Of a stretch of DNA of 64,000 bases, positions 9,559 through 19,747 are shown piece after piece. Origin of the DNA: an uncultured Gemmatimonadales bacterium (lineage in GTDB: Bacteria > Gemmatimonadota > Gemmatimonadetes > Gemmatimonadales > Gemmatimonadaceae); contig OY969695.1 in assembly GCA_963701965.1 (NCBI GenBank), forward strand, positions 3,616,001-3,680,000, in the 5' to 3' direction. The stretch's first letter is position 1. Every line of letters begins with the position of its first letter. The notes under the pieces are model-generated. The model did no database searches. It was not told the DNA's origin and saw only the letters and a program-made list of their open reading frames with translations. The position numbers and the translations under genes are program-made.

Positions 9559-11139
9559 CTACCCGCGATGGATCGGTGCCGCGCCGGCCGCCGCGAAGAG
9601 ATCGGCTTGCGTATGGGCTTTGCGCAGCAAGTCGATGGACCGCGCCAGCTGCAGATCGTCCGCCGCGCGCCGGCGGAAGGCGATCGAGTCGGGGAAAGCC
9701 ATCTCGCTGATCCGCTCGGCGAGCAGCCGGTCGACGAGCCGTTGCGCGGCGTCGAACTGCGCCCGCGCGATCGGCACTTTCGCATCCTGGAACCGGTGGA
9801 ACAGGCTGTCGCGCCACGCCGGCTGTATCGTGAAGCCGGGCTGCACGCCGGTCTGCTCGATCTCGCGGGCCAAGGTGTAGGTCGCCAAGTATGCGCCATT
9901 CGACGCCGGTCCGATCGCGGTCACGAACGCGCGCTCGGCGTCGTCGAGGGTGTCGGCCATGACAGTGAGATCCGGGGTGATCGCCCCGCCCCCGTATTCC
10001 GTGCGGCCGGCATCGGAGTGGAACACGGGCCGCTGCCGGCGCACCGAGTCCGGCTCGGCCGAGTCGGGCTTCACTTCCACGAGCTGGCCGTTGGGCAGGA
10101 GCTTGCGGGGTTTCTGTATCGAGCGGCCGCTCGGCGTGTACCAGCGCCCCGTCGTGAGCTTGAGGGAGTATCCGCCATCGAGCGAGAACACGCTCTGGAC
10201 CAAACCCTTACCAAACGATGTCGTCCCCACGATCAAGGCCCGATCGTGATCCTGCAGCGCGCCGGCGACGATCTCGGTGGCCGAGGCCGAGCCGCCGTCG
10301 ATGAGGACGGCGACGGGGATCGTGGTGGTGAGCGGCTGCCGGACGGCGTGGTAGATCTCGGGCGGCCCGACGCGCTCGCGCACGCTGGCCAGCTCCGTCC
10401 CCTCCGGCAGGAAGAAGTTGGTCACGGCGAGCGCCTGGTCGACCGCGCCGCCGCCGTTGCCGCGCACATCGAGCACAATGCCCCGCGCGCCCGCGTGAAT
10501 GAGGCGGCTGAGCGCCAGATTCACTTCCTGCGCCGCCGACTCGCTGAAGATCTGCAGCTCCACGTAGCCGATCTGGCCATCGAGCATCATGGCATACGGC
10601 ACCGACGGCACGTGCACGCTCTCGCGAATGAACCGGCCGCGGATCGGGGTCTCGAGCCCGAGCCGGCCGACGCTCAACTGTATCGGCGTGCCGGGCGCGC
10701 CGAGGAGGGCGCGCGAGACTTTGTCGAGTGACCATCCGCGCACGACCGCGCTATCCACGGAGAGGATCTCGTCGCCGGGGCGCAGACCGCCCGCGGCCGC
10801 CGGCGAATGCGGGAAGACCCGAACGATCGTGGGGTGCCCGGTATGGTCCTCGATCTGGAGGCCCAGCCCACCGTAGGCGCCGCCCAGCGACTCCCGATTG
10901 AACGAGGCCAACTCCTCGCGCGAGTACAGCTCGGCGTACGGGTCGCCCAGGGAGTGCACGAGCCCTCGCGCCGCCTTCTCGTAGAGCGCGTCGTTGCCGA
11001 GGGAATCGACGCTCCGCTCGCGGACGAGGGAGAAGACCTGCTCGAAGAGATCGGCGCGGCGAACGACGGGTCGCGCCAGGACACCGGCGGCGACGAGCGG
11101 CACGACCGCCGCGAGAGCGAGCGTGGGACGAAATCGCAT
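9559..11139 (-). CDS. S41 family C-terminal processing peptidase (CtpA/Prc-like)
   Basis: Signal peptide, PDZ domain, 'LDVRGNGGG', 'SASATEIVAGALQDH', 'SFGKGLVQ'. Confidence 0.93.
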   Translation of the reverse strand: MRFRPTLALAAVVPLVAAGVLARPVVRRADLFEQVFSLVRERSVDSLGNDALYEKAARGLVHSLGDPYAELYSREELASFNRESLGGAYGGLGLQIEDHTGHPTIVRVFPHSPAAAGGLRPGDEILSVDSAVVRGWSLDKVSRALLGAPGTPIQLSVGRLGLETPIRGRFIRESVHVPSVPYAMMLDGQIGYVELQIFSESAAQEVNLALSRLIHAGARGIVLDVRGNGGGAVDQALAVTNFFLPEGTELASVRERVGPPEIYHAVRQPLTTTIPVAVLIDGGSASATEIVAGALQDHDRALIVGTTSFGKGLVQSVFSLDGGYSLKLTTGRWYTPSGRSIQKPRKLLPNGQLVEVKPDSAEPDSVRRQRPVFHSDAGRTEYGGGAITPDLTVMADTLDDAERAFVTAIGPASNGAYLATYTLAREIEQTGVQPGFTIQPAWRDSLFHRFQDAKVPIARAQFDAAQRLVDRLLAERISEMAFPDSIAFRRRAADDLQLARSIDLLRKAHTQADLFAAAGAAPIHRG

Positions 11140-11171
11140 GACTGAGCAACCCCGCGAGAGTACCGCTTAGG

Positions 11172-11609
11172 TTACTGGTCGGACACGACGTCCGCCAGCG
11201 CCTCGTCCAGCGCTTCCCACGCTAGCAGCGCGCACGGGATGCGCCCCGGCGTGCGCGAGACGATGCCGAGCGCGACCAGCGGCCCGAGTGTCTCGTTTGT
11301 CTCCGTCGTCCGTTGGCCCCGGACGACTTGACGCAATCCCGCGGCCAGCGCGGAGATCTCGGCCCGGGATCGGCCGCGAACGAGCTCCGTCATCATCGAG
11401 GCCGAGGCCCGGGAGATCGAGCACCCGTTGCCCTCGCACCGAATGTCTCCCACGCGGTCGCCGTCCAACTCCACGGAAACGTGCATTGACTCACCGCAGA
11501 GCGGATTGGCGCGCGTCGCCTCGCGGTCCGGTGCTTCGAGTGTTCCCCGGTTCCGGGGGCGGCGGTAATGATCCAGAATGAGTTCCTGACATTGCTCAGA
11601 CGTTGGCAC
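11172..11609 (-). CDS. sufU: SufU/NifU-family Fe-S assembly protein, second copy
   Basis: 'ELILDHYRRPRNRG', 'NPLCGE', 'GCSISRASAS', 'RIPCALLAW'; GTG start 11609 overlaps sufS end. Confidence 0.85.
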   Translation of the reverse strand: MPTSEQCQELILDHYRRPRNRGTLEAPDREATRANPLCGESMHVSVELDGDRVGDIRCEGNGCSISRASASMMTELVRGRSRAEISALAAGLRQVVRGQRTTETNETLGPLVALGIVSRTPGRIPCALLAWEALDEALADVVSDQ

Positions 11610-12813
11610 CGAACACCGCCTGGGCCTTTTCGACGCCAGCCACCAGGGCATCGATATCCGACGCGTCGTTGTACACGTAGAACGATGCCCGGGCGGTCGC
11701 GCCGACGCCGAGCCGCCGGATGAGCGGCTGGGCGCAGTGGTGCCCGGCGCGGATCGCCACCTGCTCCTGATCGAGGATCGTCGCCAGATCGTGCGGATGG
11801 ATGTCGCCGACGGTGAAGCTCACGACGCCGCTCCGTTCGTCGGCCGGCGGTCCGAACACGCGCACGCCATCGAGAGCGGCCAGCCGCTGACTGGCCAACG
11901 CGGTCAACGTCCGCTCGTGGCGCCGCACTTCGTCCATCCCAATGGCGTCCAGGTAGTCGACCGCCGCCGCCAGGCCCACCGCGTCGCCCAGGTTCGGCGT
12001 CCCCGCCTCGAACTTGTACGGCAGCCGGTTCCACGTCGTATGGTCGTCGTGCACGAACTCGATCATGTCGCCGCCGGTCTGATACGGCGGCATGGCTTCG
12101 AGGAGCGCTCGCTTCCCAATGAGCCCGCCGATGCCCGTCGGCCCCAACATCTTGTGCCCGCTGAACGCGTAGAAATCCACACCGAGCGCATCGAACTGGA
12201 CGCGGAGATGCGGCGCGCTCTGGGCACCATCGGCGACGATGATCATGTCCCGCGCGCCCGCTTCGCGGGCGGCGCGGGCGACCTCCGCCAACGGCGTGAT
12301 CGTGCCAATGGCGTTGGACACGTGGGTGAGGGCCAGCACTTTGGTGCGCGGGGTGACGAGACGGGCAAGATCATCGAGATCCAGCCTGCCGTCGTCCGTG
12401 ATCTCGGCGATCCGGAACACGGCGCCCGTTTCCTTGGCCAACTGCTGCCATGGGACGAAGTTGGCGTGGTGCTCGAGGCGAGTCACGACGATCTCGTCGC
12501 CCCGCCGCACGTTGGCCCGACCCCACGCCGCGGCGACGAGATTGAGCGACTCCGTTGTGCCGCGCGTGAAGATCAGGCACGGCGCGTCGGCCACGCCGAA
12601 GAACCGGGCGACGCGCTCGCGCGCGGCGTGATAGCGCTCTGTCGCCGCGACCGACAAGGCGTACGCGCCACGGTGCGGGTTGGCGTAGGCCGTCTCATAG
12701 ACATCGCGAATGGCGTCCAGCACCACGCGGGGCTTTTGTGCGGAAGCCGCCGAGTCGAGGTAGTGCAGCCCGGGATGCCGCGCCAGGAGGGGAAAATCGT
12801 CGCGGCGCGTCAC
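11596..12813 (-). CDS. sufS: Cysteine desulfurase SufS
   Basis: 'YLDSAASAQKP', PLP Lys 'FSGHKM', 'RAGHHCAQP'; GTG start 12813. Confidence 0.95.
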   Translation of the reverse strand: MTRRDDFPLLARHPGLHYLDSAASAQKPRVVLDAIRDVYETAYANPHRGAYALSVAATERYHAARERVARFFGVADAPCLIFTRGTTESLNLVAAAWGRANVRRGDEIVVTRLEHHANFVPWQQLAKETGAVFRIAEITDDGRLDLDDLARLVTPRTKVLALTHVSNAIGTITPLAEVARAAREAGARDMIIVADGAQSAPHLRVQFDALGVDFYAFSGHKMLGPTGIGGLIGKRALLEAMPPYQTGGDMIEFVHDDHTTWNRLPYKFEAGTPNLGDAVGLAAAVDYLDAIGMDEVRRHERTLTALASQRLAALDGVRVFGPPADERSGVVSFTVGDIHPHDLATILDQEQVAIRAGHHCAQPLIRRLGVGATARASFYVYNDASDIDALVAGVEKAQAVFGANV

Positions 12814-13136
12814 CGGCGGGGGCCCACCAGGACCATGCCGCGTTCGACGCGAACGGGATACGTCACCACGCCGTCCGTGGCCGGTCCTTCGCACACGGCG
12901 CCGGTACGCGGGTCAAATCGCGCGCCGTGCAGCGGACACTCAATGGTGCCGTCGGCCATCAATGCACCGGCCGAGAGCGGGAACTCCTGGTGCGAGCAGC
13001 TGTCGCGCACCGCGTGAATGATGCCGCCCACGTTGGCGAGGCACACCGGCTCGCCGTTGGGGCCCTCCACCGACACGATCTCCCCCTCGGCGATCTCCGA
13101 GAGCTCGGCCACCGGGACAAATCCGTCGGTGATCAC
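12810..13136 (-). CDS. Rieske [2Fe-2S] ferredoxin
   Basis: 'CSH' and 'CPLHGARFD' Rieske ligands; GTGA overlap with upstream sufU. Confidence 0.9.
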   Translation of the reverse strand: MITDGFVPVAELSEIAEGEIVSVEGPNGEPVCLANVGGIIHAVRDSCSHQEFPLSAGALMADGTIECPLHGARFDPRTGAVCEGPATDGVVTYPVRVERGMVLVGPRR

Positions 13137-13567
13137 ACGACCTGCTGCATCGCCGAGCGCAGCGCGTGCCAGGCCAACGTCGCGCACTTCACGCGCACGG
13201 GAAACGCCGCGACGCCGCCAAAGGCGGCGAGACGTCCCAGGCCCGTGGCGTCGGTCGCCTGGCCGGTCACCAGGGCGTGAAACGCATCGAACAGCGCCGT
13301 GGCCTCGGCGCGGGTCTTTCCCGCCACGGCGGTAGTCATCATCGAGGCCGACGCTTTGGAGATGGCGCAACCGGTGCCTGGCGGCGTCGCGAAGCGCACT
13401 TCGGCCAGCCGGTCGCCGTCCATGCGCACCCACACCGTGACGGCGTCACCGCACAGGGGATTGTTGCCGCACCCCTCGGCGTCCGCCCTTTCCATCGCGC
13501 CGAAATTCCGCGGGTTCCGGCTGTGATCCAGGATCACGCTCTGATACAGCTCCCGCAGGTCGGCCAT
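13133..13567 (-). CDS. sufU: SufU/NifU-family Fe-S assembly protein
   Basis: 'LYQSVILDHSRNPRNFG', 'NPLCGD', 'GCAISKASAS', 'RVKCATLAW'. Confidence 0.93.
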   Translation of the reverse strand: MADLRELYQSVILDHSRNPRNFGAMERADAEGCGNNPLCGDAVTVWVRMDGDRLAEVRFATPPGTGCAISKASASMMTTAVAGKTRAEATALFDAFHALVTGQATDATGLGRLAAFGGVAAFPVRVKCATLAWHALRSAMQQVV

Positions 13568-13569
13568 GG

Positions 13570-14865
13570 TTACACCGCGGCGACCAACTCGGCGCCGACG
13601 AACCGCTCCTGGGTCAGCGCTTCGAGCGCTTGCCGCACTTCCGGCTGATCGATGCGCTCGAGCACGTCGGCGGCGAACGCGTAGGTCAGCAGGGTTCGCG
13701 CCTGCTCGGCGGCGACGCCGCGACTGCGAAGATAAAAGAGCGCGACATCATCGAGGCGTCCGATCGTCGCCCCATGCGTGCACTTGACGTCGTCGGCGAA
13801 AATCTCCAGCTGCGGCTTGGTGTCCGCGTGCGCCTGGTCGGTCAGGAGCACGTTGTTGTTGGTCTGCTTGCCGTCGGTTTTCTGGGCGACGGGGTGCACG
13901 TAGACCTTGCCGTTGAACACGCCGTGCGAGGCGTCATCCATGATGCCTTTGTACACTTCCCGGCTCGCGCAATCGGGGGCGGCGTGCTCGATCCGCGTCT
14001 GGTGATCGACGTGTTGCGTCCCATCGACCATGTACAACCCGTTCATGAGCGTCTCGCCGCCGCGACCGCCCAGGACCGTGTACAAGTTGATGCGCGACAG
14101 CGCGCCGCCCGTGGCGAACGAGAACGAGTGATAGCGGCTGTCCCGGCCCTGCCGCACTTCCGTCGTCCCCACGTGATACGCCCGGTCGCTCTCCCGCTGC
14201 ACGCGATAGTGGTCGAGGCGGGCGCCGTCGGCGACCTGGATCTCGGTCACCGCATTCGTGAAGTAGGTGGCATCGCCGACGGTGACGAAGCTTTCGATGA
14301 CCGTCGCCACGGCGTGCCGCTCGGCGACGATCAGCGTGCGCGGATGGCTCGCCCCTTTCGCGGCGTCGGCGTCGCTCACGTACACGATGTGAATCGGACC
14401 CGCCGCCACCGTGTCGGCCGGGATGTGCACGACCGCCCCGTCGACCATGTACGCCGTATTCAGCGCCGTGAACGCGTCGCGCCCGCCGGGCGCGAACGTC
14501 GTGAGGTGCTGCCGCACCAGGGGGTCATCCCACGACGCCGCCAGCGCGGTCACCCGCACCCGCGGCGACAGGGTAGAGAGCGAGGACAGCGCCGCCGCGT
14601 AGCGACCGTTGACGAAGACGAGACGCGGACCGTCGAGTCCCAGGAGATACGGCGTCAGATCGTCCAGCTGCACCTGCCCACTGGGCTCGCGGAGCGACGC
14701 CCAATCCGCCTCGGCGATGGCCGCCACACTGGTAAAGTGCCAGTCTTCGTCTTTGCGGGTCGGAAAGCCCGACGCCGCGAAGTGATCGATCGCCGCCCGC
14801 CGCGCGGCGCTCAGCCACACGGGTCCGTGCTCCCGATACCCCTCGACAAATGCCCGCACGCTCAC
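13570..14865 (-). CDS. sufD: Fe-S cluster assembly protein SufD
   Basis: '[12 protein letters not shown]', '[18 protein letters not shown]', 'LFYLRSRG'; GTG start 14865. Confidence 0.95.
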   Translation of the reverse strand: MSVRAFVEGYREHGPVWLSAARRAAIDHFAASGFPTRKDEDWHFTSVAAIAEADWASLREPSGQVQLDDLTPYLLGLDGPRLVFVNGRYAAALSSLSTLSPRVRVTALAASWDDPLVRQHLTTFAPGGRDAFTALNTAYMVDGAVVHIPADTVAAGPIHIVYVSDADAAKGASHPRTLIVAERHAVATVIESFVTVGDATYFTNAVTEIQVADGARLDHYRVQRESDRAYHVGTTEVRQGRDSRYHSFSFATGGALSRINLYTVLGGRGGETLMNGLYMVDGTQHVDHQTRIEHAAPDCASREVYKGIMDDASHGVFNGKVYVHPVAQKTDGKQTNNNVLLTDQAHADTKPQLEIFADDVKCTHGATIGRLDDVALFYLRSRGVAAEQARTLLTYAFAADVLERIDQPEVRQALEALTQERFVGAELVAAV

Positions 14866-15617
14866 GCGGGCACTCCCTCGTGTTGGACCCACTCGTACCC
14901 GCGCGCTTCCAGCTCCAGTGCCAACTCTTTCCCGCCCGTCCGCACGATGCGCCCATTGGCCAACACGTGCACGGAGTCCGGCACGATGTAGTTGAGCAGC
15001 CGCTGGTAGTGGGTCACGACGATGGTCGCGTTGTCCGGCCGCCGCAGCTTGTTCACCCCGTCGGCGACGATGCGCAGCGCGTCGATGTCGAGCCCCGAGT
15101 CCGTCTCGTCGAGGACCGCGAGCCGCGGCTCCAGGACGGCCATCTGCAGGATCTCGTTCCGCTTCTTCTCGCCACCCGAAAATCCCGCATTGACGGAACG
15201 GCTCAACATGCTCTCGTCCATGTCGACGAGGCGGAGCCGGTCCTCCATGATGTCGAGAAAATCGAGCGGGTCGACCTCACCCAACCCCTTGGCCTTGCGC
15301 ACGGCGTTGTACGCGGCGCGGAGAAAGTAGGCGTTGGAGACACCGGGGATCTCCACCGGATACTGGAACGCCAGGAAGAGGCCTTTCTGCGCCCGCTCCT
15401 CGGGATCCATGGCCAGCAGATCTTCCCCGTCGTACGTCACCGATCCGCCCGTGACCGTGTAGGCCGGATGTCCGGCCAGCACCTGGGCCAGCGTGCTCTT
15501 GCCGGACCCATTCGGCCCCATGATCGCGTGAATCTCACCGGCGCCGACCGAGAGCGAGATGCCCCGCAGGATCTCGGTGTCGCCGACGGTGGCGTGCAGA
15601 TCGTGAATATCGAGCAC
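14862..15617 (-). CDS. sufC: Fe-S cluster assembly ATPase SufC
   Basis: GPNGSGKST, '[10 protein letters not shown]', '[10 protein letters not shown]', 'LDETDSGLD'. Confidence 0.96.
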   Translation of the reverse strand: MLDIHDLHATVGDTEILRGISLSVGAGEIHAIMGPNGSGKSTLAQVLAGHPAYTVTGGSVTYDGEDLLAMDPEERAQKGLFLAFQYPVEIPGVSNAYFLRAAYNAVRKAKGLGEVDPLDFLDIMEDRLRLVDMDESMLSRSVNAGFSGGEKKRNEILQMAVLEPRLAVLDETDSGLDIDALRIVADGVNKLRRPDNATIVVTHYQRLLNYIVPDSVHVLANGRIVRTGGKELALELEARGYEWVQHEGVPA

Positions 15618-15619
15618 GA

Positions 15620-17056
15620 TTACCCAACGCTCCCTTCGAGTGTGATGCCGAGCAGCTGCTGCGCTTCCAGCGCGAACTCCATCGGCAACTGTTGAAACAC
15701 GTCCTTACAGAACCCGCTGACGATCATCGAGACGGCATCCTCGGCCGTGAGGCCCCGCTGCTTGCAGTAGAAGATCTGATCTTCGCCGATCTTCGATGTC
15801 GACGCCTCGTGCTCGACGGTCGCGGTGTTGTTCTCGACCTCGATATAGGGAAACGTGTGCGCGCCGCATCGGTTCCCGACCAGCATGGAGTCGCACTGCG
15901 TGTAGTTGCGCGCCCGGTTGGCTTTGGGCAGGACTTTGACTTGTCCGCGATAGCTGTTGTTGCCCTGGCCCGCCGAGATGCCCTTGGACACGATCGTGCT
16001 CTTCGTATCGTTGCCGATGTGCAGCATCTTCGTGCCCGTGTCCGCCTGCTGATGGTTGTTGACGACGGCGACCGAGTAGAACTCGCCGGTCGAACCGTCG
16101 CCCTGCAGGATGACACTCGGATACTTCCAGGTGATGGCGGAGCCCGTCTCCACCTGCGTCCACGAGATCTTGGAGTTGACGCCGGCCGCCTTGCCCCGCT
16201 TCGTCACGAAGTTGAAGATGCCGCCCGTGCCCTCGGCGTCCCCGGCATACCAGTTCTGGACGGTCGAATACTTGATGGTCGCGTGGTCCAGCGCGATCAG
16301 CTCGACGACCGCGGCGTGCAGCTGGTTTTCGTCCCGCTTGGGCGCCGTGCAGCCCTCGAGGTAGCTGACGTAGGCGCCCTCGTCGGCGATGATCAGCGTA
16401 CGCTCGAACTGGCCGGTGCCGGCCGCGTTGATCCGGAAGTACGTCGAAAGCTCCATCGGGCAGCGCACACCCTTTGGCACGTAGCAGAACGAGCCGTCGC
16501 TGAACACCGCCGCGTTCAGCGCGGCGAAGAAGTTGTCGCTGTGCGGCACGACCGAGCCGAGGTACTTCTCGACGAGGTCGGGGTGCTCGCGCACCGCTTC
16601 GCCGAACGAGCAGAAGATGATGCCGAGCTCGGCCAGCTCTTTCCGCATGGTCGTGCCCACCGAGACGCTATCGAAGATCGCGTCGACGGCCACACCGGAC
16701 AGGCGCTTTTGCTCGGTCAGCGAGATGCCGAGGCGCTCGTACGTGCGGCGGAGCTCGGGGTCGACCTCATTGAGACTGCCCAGCGGTTTCGTGGCCTTGG
16801 GGGCCGAGAAGTAGCTGACGTTCTGATAGTCGATCGCCGGATACCGGACGTTTCCCCAATGCGGTTCCTTCATCGTCAGCCAACGGCGGTACGCTTTGAG
16901 GCGCCACTCGAGCAGAAAGGCGGGCTCCTGCTTCTTGGCCGAGATGAGGCGGACGACGTCCTCGTTGAGGCCGCGTGGAATCGTATCTTGTTCGATGTCA
17001 GTGACGAATCCGTACTGGTATTCGCGATTGACGAGAGTCTCGATCGACGCGCTCAT
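15620..17056 (-). CDS. sufB: Fe-S cluster assembly protein SufB
   Basis: '[11 protein letters not shown]', 'GQFERTLI', 'YLEGCTAP', '[12 protein letters not shown]'; ATG 17056 with GGAG upstream. Confidence 0.96.
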   Translation of the reverse strand: MSASIETLVNREYQYGFVTDIEQDTIPRGLNEDVVRLISAKKQEPAFLLEWRLKAYRRWLTMKEPHWGNVRYPAIDYQNVSYFSAPKATKPLGSLNEVDPELRRTYERLGISLTEQKRLSGVAVDAIFDSVSVGTTMRKELAELGIIFCSFGEAVREHPDLVEKYLGSVVPHSDNFFAALNAAVFSDGSFCYVPKGVRCPMELSTYFRINAAGTGQFERTLIIADEGAYVSYLEGCTAPKRDENQLHAAVVELIALDHATIKYSTVQNWYAGDAEGTGGIFNFVTKRGKAAGVNSKISWTQVETGSAITWKYPSVILQGDGSTGEFYSVAVVNNHQQADTGTKMLHIGNDTKSTIVSKGISAGQGNNSYRGQVKVLPKANRARNYTQCDSMLVGNRCGAHTFPYIEVENNTATVEHEASTSKIGEDQIFYCKQRGLTAEDAVSMIVSGFCKDVFQQLPMEFALEAQQLLGITLEGSVG

Positions 17057-17091
17057 GACACGACTCCATAAAAGAAAAACGTCCAACCGTG

Positions 17092-17121
17092 AATCCTAAG
17101 TAACTTTGTCGGCATTGTCAA
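17092..17121 (-). promoter_or_regulatory. sigma70 promoter of suf operon overlapped by an IscR/Rrf2-like palindromic box
   Basis: Minus strand TTGACA(17121-17116)-17 nt-TAGGAT(17098-17093); 25-bp imperfect palindrome AATGCCGACAAAGTTACTTAGGATT. Confidence 0.7.
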
Positions 17122-17143
17122 TTGTGCGGTAGTGGGTATCTGC

Positions 17144-17172
17144 TTGATTTGGTTAAAGTTACGCGATAGTGT
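17144..17172 (+). promoter_or_regulatory. Putative sigma70 promoter for the FHA gene
   Basis: TTGATT-17 nt-TAGTGT in AT-rich intergenic DNA. Confidence 0.45.
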
Positions 17173-17205
17173 CCCCTTTGGTTGGCTACGCGTCTTTAGT
17201 ACGGA

Positions 17206-18051
17206 ATGCCCTACCTCGCGTTCGGAACGACCATGCGCCAATTAGGCCCCGGCGTGCTCACCATCGGGAGCGCTCCCGAGGCGGGCTGGCGCGTGCTGGG
17301 GCAGGCCCTGGAGCCCCGCCACGCGATCGTGTCCCAGGAGATCGGCTGGGGCGGCCGGGCCCTGATTGAGCCCGGCTCGCTGACGGCGGTCATTGTGGTC
17401 AATGGCGTCGAAGTGGCCGGCGGGAAGGCGACGCTCGAGTTCGATGACGTCATTCGGCTGGGTATGGCCGAGTTTGTCTACCGGCGGAACGCCCTGGGAG
17501 CGGCCAAGGGCGGACCGTACCTGCGCGACCGACGGCGCGGCCGGGTCTATCTGCTGGGCGACCGTAACACGATCGGCCGTGATCCCATGAGCACCGTGGT
17601 GCTCACCGATCCAGATGTCTCCCGGATGCACGCCGAGATCGTCAAAGAGGGCGACGTCTTCTCCGTGCGCCCGCACGGACCGTCGGTCGTGTCCGTCAAC
17701 GGCGCGCGCGTCACCCGCCAGGCGACGCTCCGCGAGGGGGACGATATCTCCATCAGCGCGAGCGTGTTCCGCTTCACGACCGACCTGGGTTCGGCCACCG
17801 CGGTGTCGGTCGAGCCCCGCCGCCCCGGCGAAGCGGCCCCGCCTCGGCGCTCGAACGCGCAGACGATGTTCGTCGGGACCGTCGAAGCCCGCGACCGCCA
17901 AGCCCGGCGCACGAAGCGCAAGCTGACCCGCGGCGTGGCGACGGCCCTGACCATTGCCGCTGTGACGCTCTCGCTCGTCTGGCTCGCCATCGGCGCCCGT
18001 CAGCCGGCGGCAAGGCGCCACGCGCCATCGCGGCCGGGCGCCACCCGCTAA
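17206..18051 (+). CDS. Tandem-FHA domain membrane protein
   Basis: Degenerate FHA1; canonical FHA2 'IGRD...DPDVSRMHA...VNG'; C-terminal TM helix. Confidence 0.85.
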   Translation: MPYLAFGTTMRQLGPGVLTIGSAPEAGWRVLGQALEPRHAIVSQEIGWGGRALIEPGSLTAVIVVNGVEVAGGKATLEFDDVIRLGMAEFVYRRNALGAAKGGPYLRDRRRGRVYLLGDRNTIGRDPMSTVVLTDPDVSRMHAEIVKEGDVFSVRPHGPSVVSVNGARVTRQATLREGDDISISASVFRFTTDLGSATAVSVEPRRPGEAAPPRRSNAQTMFVGTVEARDRQARRTKRKLTRGVATALTIAAVTLSLVWLAIGARQPAARRHAPSRPGATR

Positions 18052-18067
18052 GGGCGACCGTTAGCCG

Positions 18068-18601
18068 TTAGTGACGGCCGGCGATCCGCAGGATCGCCAG
18101 GGCGCCGATCCCCACCAGCACGAGTCCAGCGCTGATCGTGACGAAGAGCTTTGGCGCGCCGCGTTCCGGCTCTTCCAGCGTGACGGGTTCGACCGACCGC
18201 ACGACCAACGTCTGCTTGAGCGTCGTCTGATCGGCGGGGCCGTCGGAGGCCTGCACGATGGTGAAGCCCTCGGGAAGCGGCTCGTGGACGAACCGGAGGG
18301 TGGTATCGCCGATCGCGATCACCGCGCCGTCGGCCAGCCGCCGCGGCGCCGCGATGCGCGCGCCGTCCACGGTCGACCCGGCGGCGCCCATCGAGTGCAA
18401 CGTGTACTCGATCCGCCGCCCACCGGTCTCGGGCCGGACTTCGGCGTGGAACCGGGAGACGTACGGATCCGCGAACCGGACGTGATTGACCGAGTCCCGA
18501 CCGATCATGAGCGTCGCGGTCCCCAGCGGGTACGCCTGCCGCGTTTTCTCGGAGACGAGAAACGCGCGGGCCGGGGCCGGGGAGCCGGTCGTATTATTCA
18601 C
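18068..18601 (-). CDS. FHA domain membrane protein
   Basis: 'IGRDSVNHVRFADPYVSRFHA', 'LADGAVIAIG'; C-terminal TM helix. Confidence 0.85.
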   Translation of the reverse strand: MNNTTGSPAPARAFLVSEKTRQAYPLGTATLMIGRDSVNHVRFADPYVSRFHAEVRPETGGRRIEYTLHSMGAAGSTVDGARIAAPRRLADGAVIAIGDTTLRFVHEPLPEGFTIVQASDGPADQTTLKQTLVVRSVEPVTLEEPERGAPKLFVTISAGLVLVGIGALAILRIAGRH

Positions 18602-18606
18602 GACTT

Positions 18607-19644
18607 ATGGACGATCGGACCTGCCGCCGCGTCGCACTGCTCTGGGTCGTCGTCGCGGCCGTAGGCGTGACGGGGGCCGCCGGCGCGTGCTCCCACCCGA
18701 AGCCGCCCGCCAAACCCGCCGACACGCTGGCCGCGGTCGACACGGTCGCCGACACGGTGGCCGGTCCCACGGACACGACGGCGGCACGGACGGTCGCGAC
18801 GCCACCGCCTCCGCCGCTGTCCCCCTTGGCCGACTCGATCGCGCAGTACGCGGTGTTCGCGCCGGCGACGCAGACGTGGTTCCTGGTGGCCGAGCGCGGC
18901 AAGCGCATGGTGCTCGATCTGGGACGCGTGGATATGGACGTCAAACGGCCGCGCCGTCACGCCGCCTATCTCGAGGCGGTGCGCCAACTCTCGCCCGTGC
19001 CGCTGGGTGCCCGGCTCCGCCTGCATGGGGTCTGGGGAGCGACCGATGTCGCCATCAAGGGTTTCGACGTGTGGAACGGCCGGATCGTCGCCACGCTGGA
19101 CGCGCCGCGGGAGATCGACTCGCTGGCCCGCGCCATCCCCACGTTCGTAGCGGCCGCCGAACGCGCCGACTCGGCCGATAGCGTCCGCGCCGACAGCTGC
19201 CAGCGCGGCAACGTCCCGGACTCGCTCAAACCCCGCGTCCTCGCGGTCCGCGACTCGCTCGTGTTCTGGCTCGAGTCCCTCCCGCCGCCGCCCTATCAGC
19301 GGCTAGTCAAATCCGAGCGCCCGCAATGGTCGACGGTCGTCGGGTGTTTCGGCGGCGCCCGCCGCATCGCCCTCGCGGTCGATCTCCGCGCCGGCAACAA
19401 CGAATGGATCCGCGAGCGCGTCGTGCTGATCGACACGCTCGGCGCCGTGACGACGCTGCGCGTCAGCGATCTGCGCTTCAAGGGGCACGATCTCTTGTTG
19501 GCGTTCGACGCCGACGGCGACGGGCTCGACGATCTCGCCACGCGCGGATTCGCCGAGGCATCGGGCGGTTTGACCGTACTCAAACTCACCGAGAAAAATC
19601 GACTGCAACGATTGGCGGGCGGGTTCGCGTGGGAGTCCCGCTGA
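18607..19644 (+). CDS. Hypothetical lipoprotein with C-terminal DxDxDG (FG-GAP-like) motif
   Basis: Lipobox AGAC, Pro/Thr linker, 'FDADGDGLDDL'. Confidence 0.7.
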   Translation: MDDRTCRRVALLWVVVAAVGVTGAAGACSHPKPPAKPADTLAAVDTVADTVAGPTDTTAARTVATPPPPPLSPLADSIAQYAVFAPATQTWFLVAERGKRMVLDLGRVDMDVKRPRRHAAYLEAVRQLSPVPLGARLRLHGVWGATDVAIKGFDVWNGRIVATLDAPREIDSLARAIPTFVAAAERADSADSVRADSCQRGNVPDSLKPRVLAVRDSLVFWLESLPPPPYQRLVKSERPQWSTVVGCFGGARRIALAVDLRAGNNEWIRERVVLIDTLGAVTTLRVSDLRFKGHDLLLAFDADGDGLDDLATRGFAEASGGLTVLKLTEKNRLQRLAGGFAWESR

Positions 19645-19654
19645 TTATCATTCA

Positions 19655-19738
19655 TCCACTGACACGGGTGCGGGCGCGGGGTGCGCTCGCTGAGAACACA
19701 CCGTCGAACCTGATCCGGCTCGTACCGGCGTAGGGAGT
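19655..19738 (+). ncRNA. TPP (THI element) riboswitch
   Basis: GGGTGC...GCTGAGA-ACACC...GAACCTGATCCGG-CTCGTA-CCGGCGTAGGGAG conserved core, directly upstream of thiC. Confidence 0.93.
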
Positions 19739-19747
19739 CCTCGCACA

